From positions 570,001 through 602,000 of the forward strand of contig NZ_CP019384.1 of the NCBI RefSeq assembly GCF_004102945.1: a stretch of DNA of 32,000 nt. The letters run 5' to 3'. A program made the translations under genes and the position numbers. This document shows, one piece after another, positions 25,540 through 32,000 of the stretch. The notes under the pieces were generated by a model that made no database searches, was not told the DNA's origin, and saw nothing but the letters and a program-made list of their open reading frames with translations. The stretch comes from Candidatus Velamenicoccus archaeovorus (GTDB lineage Bacteria > Omnitrophota > Gorgyraeia > Velamenicoccales > Velamenicoccaceae). Each line of letters begins with the position of its first letter. Within the stretch, counting starts at the first letter, position 1.

Positions 25540-25850
25540 ATTACCCTGCACCAGAAAGCCCGGGACTCCCTGCCTTTCCGGCGGGCAGGCTGTCCGGAGA
25601 TGAAGGTTTGGCGCAGGATTTTGCTATGCACCGAGAAAATAGAAGCCGCTGGCTTTTAGCCGGCGAGGTCTCGGCAACGGCGGAAATGCGTAAATCCTGC
25701 GCTACGGCCCGCCACCCTGTGGCGGGCGAGGTCCCGCCGAAGGCCGGATGAGATGTCGTTCGATCGCTGGAAGGCGGACAGGCACCACGGCTCGCCTCTC
25801 GGCGAAGCCGAGGGCTGTAAAGCCGTTGGGTTCCATAAACCAAATTCTAT
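25540..25850. ncRNA. GC-rich block of nested helices: candidate structured RNA of unknown class (strand unresolved)
   Basis: Hand-paired helices:
- 25569-74 / 25584-89
- 25590-96 / 25775-81 (long range)
- 25609-21 / 25692-704 (13 bp, one G-U)
- 25631-36 / 25669-74
- 25647-53 / 25659-65
- 25707-15 / 25719-27
- 25796-803 / 25807-14 (GAA loop)

G+C is 42/60 on line 25681 against 27/60 on line 25861. ORFs here translate to low-complexity junk. Confidence 0.35.
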
Positions 25851-26071
25851 GAAACAAGAAGTTACGCTAAAGAAAGTGTTTAACTGTATTCCGGTCTGGT
25901 CGTTGGTATAAACGGCGCGAGACAAAGTCGCCATGTTTAGATTTCGAGCGGTTTTGGCGAGAAAACTATGAGGATGATTTTGGGAATTTTAAAGATGCTG
26001 GCTGATTGCGGTTCAAAGGGTTGTGGAGATAAATAGAGCCATCTAAATTCTTAGTAAAGGAGTTAGTGCAT

Positions 26072-26956
26072 ATGGTTAGGTTAGCACGTTATATCATTCC
26101 GGTTTTTGTCATTATTTTTTGCGCATGCGGTTGTAATCCTCCTGCGCGTACGCTGCCGTTTGCCAATGCTCTTTCATCGGACAATGTGCCTATTGCCTAC
26201 GCGGTCTACGGTCGGACGACCGAACCAACCGTGGTTTTTGTGCATGGGTGGTGTTGTGACAGCCGGTACTGGCATAATCAAATCCCATATTTTTCGAAGA
26301 AATACCGAGTAATTACTATAGATCTGGCGGGACACGGTAATTCCGGTTTCGGCAGGAAAGTTTATACCACGGAAGCGTTTGGTCAAGATGTTGCATCGGT
26401 ATTGCGGAAGCTGAATGTGAAAAAAGCGATCCTGGTGGGACATTCCATGGGCGGGGAGGTCGTCCTGTATGCGGCTAAAATCGCACCTGAAAGAGTAATC
26501 GGCCTGGTCGCTGTTGATACTCTTGAAGATATGGGGATGGTTTATCCGGATGAAGTAAAAAACAAGATATATGAGCCTATTGCCGCGGATTTTGTGCCGG
26601 AAGTACAGAAGTTTGTCCGCACTATGTTCCCGGTCAACACCGACAAGGAATTGGTTGATACTATTGCCCGTGATATGTCGTCTGCGCCGCAGGAAGTGGC
26701 GTTGAGCTCGATGAAGGAATATTTTAAGGTGTCTGATCCGGAACTGATAAAAGGCCTTGCCGTGCCGCTAAAAAGTGTTAATGCCGATCTCTGGCCGACC
26801 AATGTCGAAGGCAATAAAAAACTGGTGCCGTCATACGAGATGGAATTGATGAAAGGTCACGGGCATTTCATAATGCTGGAAGCGCCGGATGAGTTCAACG
26901 CGCTGCTTGAGAAGATGATTAACCGTATCATTGTCGCGACAAATGGGAAGAAATGA
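26072..26956 (+). CDS. Alpha/beta-fold hydrolase (secreted or lipoprotein)
   Basis: HGW oxyanion region VVFVHGWCCDSRYW, nucleophile elbow GHSMGG and C-terminal catalytic His GHGHFIMLE. N-terminal hydrophobic segment with Cys residues (IIFCACGC). The ATG at 26072, 9 nt after aaaggag, is preferred over the GTG at 26066. Confidence 0.85.
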   Translation: MVRLARYIIPVFVIIFCACGCNPPARTLPFANALSSDNVPIAYAVYGRTTEPTVVFVHGWCCDSRYWHNQIPYFSKKYRVITIDLAGHGNSGFGRKVYTTEAFGQDVASVLRKLNVKKAILVGHSMGGEVVLYAAKIAPERVIGLVAVDTLEDMGMVYPDEVKNKIYEPIAADFVPEVQKFVRTMFPVNTDKELVDTIARDMSSAPQEVALSSMKEYFKVSDPELIKGLAVPLKSVNADLWPTNVEGNKKLVPSYEMELMKGHGHFIMLEAPDEFNALLEKMINRIIVATNGKK

Positions 26957-27137
26957 GTAGGTATATGCGGAAGGCGATCGCCGAAACGCGCGCTGGAAAA
27001 AGAGTATTCATCCGCAGTTTCGGATGGGCGTCGGCACAAATATCAAGAGATGATTTTAGGCATAATAAAACTTGCAACCGGTTATCCCGTTGATAGTTAG
27101 GATAAAAAGTTGTTTTTGAATGTTTTGTTTTTTTGTG

Positions 27138-27146
27138 TGTTATAAT
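27138..27146 (+). promoter_or_regulatory. Extended -10 element (TGtTATAAT), candidate promoter for the AT-rich island
   Basis: tgtTATAAT lies at 27138-27146, 68 nt upstream of the ATG at 27214. A TTGAAT lies upstream, but at a long (~19-nt) spacing. Confidence 0.35.
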
Positions 27147-27213
27147 GTGAAGTAATGTTGTATGCCGAAGAGGGATTTATTTATTCAATTGGTTTTGAAT
27201 TCTAAGGAATAAT

Positions 27214-28467
27214 ATGAGCAGGCGGGATGATTATTTGTTTGCTGATGGGGAATTGTCTGAAGTGCTAGAAAGTATAAAAGGTGGTATCTCCCGGTTAGTT
27301 GGTGAAATCCCTAAAGACCAGTTACTTTCTAATAGCATAGAAGACTTAGTTGCTTATGTTTCCGATAAGTTGATAGTTTCGCCATTAAAATTGTATGAAG
27401 AATCAAAAACTATGGAGCATCAAGAAATCCAGGTGGATGTGAGTCGCTATCCTAATAGAAATATTTTTGGAGATCCAGGGCCAATATATGTGCCTGGCGT
27501 GAGAGTAACAATTTCTATCCCTTATTCTGGAACCACCGATTTATGGCATTTTCGTCCAAACCATTGGCAGTCGGTTGTTCCTCATGGGCGGGTTATGCCC
27601 CTCAATAGTAAAGGCATTGGGCAATTAGATATAGTTATTGAACAGCCAAATGACGAAGATCCTGAGAGAATCAAGGCGGCATTGAAAAGCGAATTAGAGA
27701 GCCTGCGATTTTATTTAAGTGCCCAAGATAGGCAGATAAAAGAGCACAATGATATCATGCCGGGTCTTGTGAAAAAGCAAGTTGAGGCGCGGAGAGACCG
27801 AATTAAAAAGCAAGATAAGCTGACCGATTTGCTAGAAATTCCTCTTAAGACGGATGGCAAAGCCCCCTCTATAACGCCATTAGAAATTAGGCAGATTGTG
27901 CAACCTTTATCTTCTCCTCCGAAATCCGGTTACAAGCCCGAACCCGGAATAACTCTGGAGATATATGAACATATTCTTTCTATAATAAGGCATGAGGGGC
28001 GTACTTTTGAGACTACGCCTAAGACATATTCTGTTCATGACGAAGAGGAGCTAAGGAATATTCTACTGGCTCATTTAAACGGGCACTTTAAAGGAACGGC
28101 GTCAGGAGAAACTTTCAGGAGAAGTGGGAAGACAGATATAAAGATTGAAGCTGAGAGCCGAGCTGCTTTTGTTGCTGAATGCAAAATATGGGGAGGACCC
28201 AAAGAATTGCTTGAGGCAGTTGACCAACTTTTGGGATATCTTACTTGGCGTGATTGTAAAGCCGCACTTATTGTTTTCAATAAACATGTGAAGGGATTTT
28301 CTGAGGTGCTTGCACAAGTGCCAGAGGTTTTGAAAACCCATACAAGGATCAAGAAATCTATCGGAACCATTTCTGATGGTGAGTGGGATTTTGTATTCAT
28401 GTCTAAGGAAGACGATGGCCGTTTAGTACATGTAAGAGTTTTTCTTTTTAACATTTTTAGTCAATAG
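27214..28467 (+). CDS. Hypothetical protein with a C-terminal PD-(D/E)xK nuclease-like motif
   Basis: RBS taaggaa. The C-terminal ~130 aa read ..EELRNILLAHLNGHF.GTASGETFRRSGKTDIKIE(x9)FVAECKIWGG..LLEAVDQLLGYL. D308 (28135-37), E322 and K324 (28177-85) have the D...(D/E)xK spacing of the restriction-endonuclease fold. I recognise nothing in the N-terminal ~280 aa. Confidence 0.65.
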   Translation: MSRRDDYLFADGELSEVLESIKGGISRLVGEIPKDQLLSNSIEDLVAYVSDKLIVSPLKLYEESKTMEHQEIQVDVSRYPNRNIFGDPGPIYVPGVRVTISIPYSGTTDLWHFRPNHWQSVVPHGRVMPLNSKGIGQLDIVIEQPNDEDPERIKAALKSELESLRFYLSAQDRQIKEHNDIMPGLVKKQVEARRDRIKKQDKLTDLLEIPLKTDGKAPSITPLEIRQIVQPLSSPPKSGYKPEPGITLEIYEHILSIIRHEGRTFETTPKTYSVHDEEELRNILLAHLNGHFKGTASGETFRRSGKTDIKIEAESRAAFVAECKIWGGPKELLEAVDQLLGYLTWRDCKAALIVFNKHVKGFSEVLAQVPEVLKTHTRIKKSIGTISDGEWDFVFMSKEDDGRLVHVRVFLFNIFSQ

Positions 28468-28476
28468 TTTTTTAAT

Positions 28477-28650
28477 ATGACTCTCAGGGGATATCTCACA
28501 GTAAGACAAGTTGCTGAGCATCTTGGGTTGACTGAGTATAGGGTGAGGCAGCTTATCCGGGAAGGGCAGATTCGCGCCACGAAGATTAAGTAATGGAGGG
28601 TCTTGCCTGCGGATTTAGATGAGTTTGTGAGGGCGAGGACGAATAAGTAG
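28477..28650 (+). pseudogene. Excisionase/MerR-type HTH (HTH_17-like) gene interrupted by an in-frame TAA
   Basis: MTLRGYLTVRQVAEHLGLTEYRVRQLIREGQIRATKIK-TAA(28591-93)-WRVLPADLDEFVRARTNK*. The two halves together reproduce the family pattern LT..E.A..LG.S...V..LI..G.I.A.KIG..WR....DL..F. No RBS precedes the ATG. It is absent from the ORF track because each half is under 60 aa. Confidence 0.6.
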
Positions 28651-28690
28651 AAAAGATTTTAAATATATGGTTACTTAACGGAGGTATAAA

Positions 28691-29683
28691 ATGTCAAAAA
28701 AAGAAAACATTAAACTTGTTTCTCCTGAGGACATAGATTTTAATCCTAATAATCCTCGAGGACAAGATTACGAGGACAAGGATTCCATTGCTTTGGAGGA
28801 ATCTATCCGGCAGTATGGAGTAATGGTTCCCTTGATTGTTTATGAGAATGACAAGAAGGGTAGACCCTACATTTTACTGGATGGCGAAAGAAGACTTAGG
28901 GCCGCTCAAAAAGTGAAAACAGGTTCGGTGCCAATCCATATTCTCGACATTAAAAGAGATAAAAATGAGGGGTTGAAGCGGATGTTTCAAATCCATATGT
29001 TAAGGGAGCAATGGGAACCAATGGCCCAGGCTCAAGCTTTGAAGTTTTATGTTGATTTGATAAAAAAGGACAATAAGTCAATCGCTGATATGGAAGTCAC
29101 CAATAAAATATCAGAGATAACTAAAATGGATAAAAAAACAGTCGAGGATCGCCTTCGCTTATTGAGATTCGACAAAGATACTCAAGAAAAAGTTCTTGAA
29201 AATAAAATCGATGATAGCTATTTGGTTCAAATAGAGCAGAATTTTGTGGAACAGTTAGACAAAAATGTATCTCGCAACTTTTTTAGAGACTATTCAAAAG
29301 ATGAAATAAGAAAGAAATTAATAGAAAAAGCAGAAAAAGGTCTTCTCGGGACAACACGTGCCTTTTTTTGGGTGCCGGATGCGATTATGACTTGCAAGAA
29401 ATTAAATAAAATTGAGATATTCGCATCCTCAGCAAAAAAACTGATAGAAGACATTGAATATACGGTAGAGGATTTGAAGAATGATTTAGCAAAAAAAGTG
29501 CAGATTCAAACCTTAACAGGAAAAGTAACAAGCCGCGGGTTAATCAAGAACATTAATAAATTGTGTTCACAGCTTTCCGAATTCGATATGTCTAAGGAAT
29601 CTAATAAGAAAAAAAAAGATGGTATAGTTTTGTTTTTAAAAAAATTAAGAGATGCAATAGACCAGATAATTAAAAACGGATAA
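28691..29683 (+). CDS. ParB/Srx N-terminal-domain protein (ParB-like nuclease/CTPase fold) with a long helical C-terminal region
   Basis: RBS acggaggt. The N-terminus has I.FNPNNPR.., GV.VPLIV and the box ILLDGERRLRAAQ (D64-A72, 28880-28906), diagnostic of the ParB N domain. A possible HTH lies around ISEITKMDKKTVEDRLRLLRF. Confidence 0.8.
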   Translation: MSKKENIKLVSPEDIDFNPNNPRGQDYEDKDSIALEESIRQYGVMVPLIVYENDKKGRPYILLDGERRLRAAQKVKTGSVPIHILDIKRDKNEGLKRMFQIHMLREQWEPMAQAQALKFYVDLIKKDNKSIADMEVTNKISEITKMDKKTVEDRLRLLRFDKDTQEKVLENKIDDSYLVQIEQNFVEQLDKNVSRNFFRDYSKDEIRKKLIEKAEKGLLGTTRAFFWVPDAIMTCKKLNKIEIFASSAKKLIEDIEYTVEDLKNDLAKKVQIQTLTGKVTSRGLIKNINKLCSQLSEFDMSKESNKKKKDGIVLFLKKLRDAIDQIIKNG

Positions 29684-29693
29684 CTCAAACACT

Positions 29694-31211
29694 ATGTCAA
29701 AAAGAGAAGCCTTTCTGGAAAAGATAGATAAGGTATTAATACAGAAATACCATTGGAAGATAGTTTCGGCAGATGAAAGAAAACGTTTGCTGAAAGATAT
29801 TAAGTGGTATCCAGACCTTTTTTATCGAAACGATTCGGCCCTGATAGCAATAGACATAAATCTTAGCAACGATTTCCCCATTAAAGGCGCTGGCGAGATA
29901 CTTAAAGCGACAAAAAAGATAAAGAATTTCCAATTTTACTATTATGTCCCGAATGATTATGGTTACGACCAAATTTTTTCGCACTGTTTTAGTCGTGGAT
30001 TCGGGATAATGCGATTGGACAACTTATCTTTTTCTGTCCTTCTTGATCCTAAAGCAAAAACATTAAATAGAAATAAATATAAGCAGTTAGTCGATAAAAA
30101 AATATCTCAAGAATATGGGCACATCCCGAATAAACTATTAACCTATATCAGTCGCCTTACTCATATTTCTTATAGAAATATTTTAAAAGAGTTTGTTTCG
30201 AAATATTCTGCTCTTCCAAAGCGCAAGGACATCTCGGAAGAAGAGTATAATTTGGTTGACTCTACAATAAAGAAAATATTCGATAATAAGAAATTTCATT
30301 ATTCTTCTGAGCAGTATTTAAGATTGAAATATTACGAGCCTTTGCTTAAGGGAACCAGAGAGCACTACTTGCATTCTTTTCAGGTTATGTTATTAGGGTG
30401 TGTAATAATCGATGAATATTATGTTGAATTTGAAAAATATTATAAGAATATATTTCCTAGAGAAAAAAATTTCTCAATCGAATATGTGTGGCTAATAACC
30501 TCTATATTTCATGATATTGGTTATCCTTCGCAAAAAGCAAGTAGTTTAATCGGTGATCTTTATGGGTATAGCGAAGACATAGAAGTGGCGGGATTGGACA
30601 GAATTGCTGATAAAAGTGATTATCTTCAGGCTGCAATACAACTCCAATCTTTTCTTAGACACTGTTGTTGTAAACGTATCCTTAATAATTGGACTCCTGA
30701 AATATTAGAAGATGCTGATTCAACAATTAAAGACATTTTAAGGGAACATCTGATAAAACATAAATCTCATGGGGTAACGTCTTGTTTTCAGTTTCTTACG
30801 AGAGTTTTGCGTGAATCAAAGGCTGTAAATAATCGCCCAACAAGGCCATTAATTGTTACTCATGTTATCCCTGCAGTGGCTTCCATAGCATTACATGATA
30901 ATAGAATTTGGAAAGAGTTCAGAAAACAAAAGATTTTCCCGATAAATATCAATAGGTTCCCTTTTGCTGTGCTTCTGATTTTTCTAGATAGTCTTCATGA
31001 TTGGAAAAGAAATAATTCTAATGAAGAAACACCTGAGTTTGCCATCTTTGAAGGTTTCGAATTTGGCACAGATTATATTGAAGTAAAGGTCAAATGGGCA
31101 AATCCAGAGCAGTTGGCGAGAAAATTACCTGAATATAAAGATGTAATGAATACCATAAAATTTAATGGAATTAAACTAAAATTACCAGATATTTTATTAA
31201 ATAAAAAATGA
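29694..31211 (+). CDS. HD-domain phosphohydrolase-like protein with an unassigned ~200-aa N-terminal region
   Basis: H227 (LHSFQV, 30372-74) and H273-D274 (IFHDIGYP, 30510-15) have the H...HD spacing. Later HG, IALHD and LDSLHD lie where the distal His/Asp ligands are expected. It starts 11 nt after the ParB-like gene. Confidence 0.7.
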   Translation: MSKREAFLEKIDKVLIQKYHWKIVSADERKRLLKDIKWYPDLFYRNDSALIAIDINLSNDFPIKGAGEILKATKKIKNFQFYYYVPNDYGYDQIFSHCFSRGFGIMRLDNLSFSVLLDPKAKTLNRNKYKQLVDKKISQEYGHIPNKLLTYISRLTHISYRNILKEFVSKYSALPKRKDISEEEYNLVDSTIKKIFDNKKFHYSSEQYLRLKYYEPLLKGTREHYLHSFQVMLLGCVIIDEYYVEFEKYYKNIFPREKNFSIEYVWLITSIFHDIGYPSQKASSLIGDLYGYSEDIEVAGLDRIADKSDYLQAAIQLQSFLRHCCCKRILNNWTPEILEDADSTIKDILREHLIKHKSHGVTSCFQFLTRVLRESKAVNNRPTRPLIVTHVIPAVASIALHDNRIWKEFRKQKIFPININRFPFAVLLIFLDSLHDWKRNNSNEETPEFAIFEGFEFGTDYIEVKVKWANPEQLARKLPEYKDVMNTIKFNGIKLKLPDILLNKK

Positions 31212-32000
31212 GTAAAATTTTATTAGTCGAACCGAATTTTCCCATTCCAGCTAAAAGTAAAAATCATAGGGACTTCTTGCCTGTGGGATTGTTGAAGCTT
31301 GCAAGCTTTCATAGGAATAAAGGAGATGAGATAAAATTAATCAGAGGCAACCAGTATTTTGATGATTTTTACCCCAGTCAAATCAAGATAACATCGCTTT
31401 TTACTTATTGGTCTAATTATGTATGGGATAGCGTTAAGTTTTACAAGGAGGCTTATCCTAAAGCAAAGATAGTCGTTGGGGGGATTTATGCTTCGTTAAT
31501 GCCTGAGCATTGCAAGCAGTCAGGATGCGATGAGGTTTTTGTTGGTGTTGATGAAAGGGTTGAGAAATTCAAGCCTGCTTACGATTTAGTTGATGTTGAC
31601 TATCAGATTGCACATACGAGCAGAGGATGTCTCAGAAAATGCAAGTTTTGCGGAACATGGAAGATTGAGCCGGAATTTATTTCCAAAAAAAGCATAAAAG
31701 ATGAAATTTGTAGTAATAGGATAATCTTTTATGATAATAACCTATTGGCTAATCCGCATATAAAAGAAATACTTGAAGAGCTAAAAAATGCAAAACACAA
31801 TGGAAGGGTTGTTTACTCTGAAAGCCAGTGTGGGATCGACGGGCGGTTGCTTACTTCCGAGGTAGCTAAATTACTCAAACAAGCGCGTTTTCTGAACCCT
31901 CGCATAGCTTGGGACCATGGGTATAGCCAAAAAAAGATGATAAAGAAACAGATAGATATGCTTGTAGCTGCCGGCTACCCAAGAAAAGAAATTTACATTT
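31208..32000 (+). CDS. B12-binding-domain radical SAM protein (5' partial, continues beyond the window)
   Basis: I translated this by hand; it is not in the track because no stop is reached. The sequence runs MSKILLVEPNFP..FLPVGLLKLASF..IKITSLFTYW..IVVGGIYASL (Rossmann-like B12-binding N-domain), then HTSRGCLRKCKFCGTW, which is the CxxxCxxC radical SAM cluster motif at about 31628-31651. ATGA overlap with the HD gene stop. Confidence 0.8.
   Translation, partial: MSKILLVEPNFPIPAKSKNHRDFLPVGLLKLASFHRNKGDEIKLIRGNQYFDDFYPSQIKITSLFTYWSNYVWDSVKFYKEAYPKAKIVVGGIYASLMPEHCKQSGCDEVFVGVDERVEKFKPAYDLVDVDYQIAHTSRGCLRKCKFCGTWKIEPEFISKKSIKDEICSNRIIFYDNNLLANPHIKEILEELKNAKHNGRVVYSESQCGIDGRLLTSEVAKLLKQARFLNPRIAWDHGYSQKKMIKKQIDMLVAAGYPRKEIYI

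Noticed and set aside
25540-25620. Resemblance to RNase P RNA CR-I (minus strand GGGAGUCCCGGGCUUUCUGGUGCAGGGUAAUU versus GGAAAGUCCGGGCUCC...GGUGCCAGGUAACG)
   Set aside because: The similarity is short. The rest of an RNase P RNA would have to overlap the TPR CDS. The other universal blocks (ACAGAA.CCGGCUUA, GGUAAGGGUGAAAGGGUG) are absent.
25541-25934. Minus-strand ORFs of 100 and 92 aa across the GC-rich element
   Set aside because: The translations are Pro/Ser/Arg/Gly/Ala-rich junk. The region is better explained by extensive base pairing, and open frames are expected by chance in such GC-rich sequence.
19434-27063. 15-nt identity GATGATTTTAGGCAT at 19434-19448 and 27049-27063, with a related GATGATTTTGGGA near 25973, each opening a tiny MILGI.. 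ORF near a block boundary
   Set aside because: My estimate is roughly 0.5-1 chance 15-mer matches for a 32-kb window. There is no extended flanking similarity and no RBS. It is worth only a quick BLAST check as a possible att or gene-fragment remnant.
26965-27096. 44-codon ORF (MRKAIAETRAGKRVFIRSFGW...) between the hydrolase and the AT-rich island, possibly a truncated gene start at the island junction
   Set aside because: It is too short and I cannot assign it to any family. It has no RBS.
1-32000. Search by eye for CRISPR arrays, tRNA/tmRNA genes, rRNA, transposase or integrase genes and IS inverted repeats
   Set aside because: I saw no regularly spaced short repeats, no tRNA T-arm-like GGTTCGAATCC-type strings, and no ORF with integrase or transposase motifs. 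tRNAscan-SE or Aragorn and ISfinder searches would be the decisive checks.

Overview
All calls are from reading the sequence and the ORF track; no searches were run. Every gene I can support lies on the + strand, often with overlapping stop/start junctions (ATGA at 360, 1977, 11212 and 31208; other overlaps at 9385, 10856, 13657 and 21540). There are two parts.

(1) Positions 1 to about 19,350 are a GC-richer core (hand count 34/60 G+C on line 15481). It encodes:
- a DUF1330 protein and an MBL-fold hydrolase
- a minimal SufC plus SufB/D pair
- a REC / multi-PAS histidine kinase / REC module
- NnrE
- crcB plus DUF190
- a secreted hemerythrin-like protein
- an NhaP2-type cation/H+ antiporter
- a small GIY-YIG protein
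- a TMTC-like membrane/TPR protein
- DUF2062, GNAT and a large PEP/pyruvate-binding protein
- a membrane protein, a lipoprotein and a SAM methyltransferase

(2) Positions 19,353 to 32,000 are a compositional mosaic that looks accessory.
- A ~3 kb AT-rich insert is bounded by a perfect 73-bp direct repeat of the methyltransferase 3' end. It carries a COG4705-like membrane protein, a secreted protein, and a two-gene nucleotidyltransferase-fold module behind a triple-operator promoter.
- Next come a dipeptide epimerase, a DUF819 membrane protein and a TPR protein.
- A ~300-nt very GC-rich block of nested helices follows; it is a candidate structured RNA that I could not classify.
- Then comes an alpha/beta hydrolase.
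- From about 27.1 kb the sequence is strongly AT-rich (19/60 G+C on line 29701). This island encodes a PD-(D/E)xK-motif protein and an excisionase-type HTH broken by an in-frame TAA. It also holds a tightly packed operon: a ParB-N-like protein, an HD-domain protein and a B12-binding radical SAM protein, running off the window edge.

That last operon is my best candidate for an undescribed defence or DNA-modification system. I found no tRNA, rRNA, CRISPR array, transposase or integrase.
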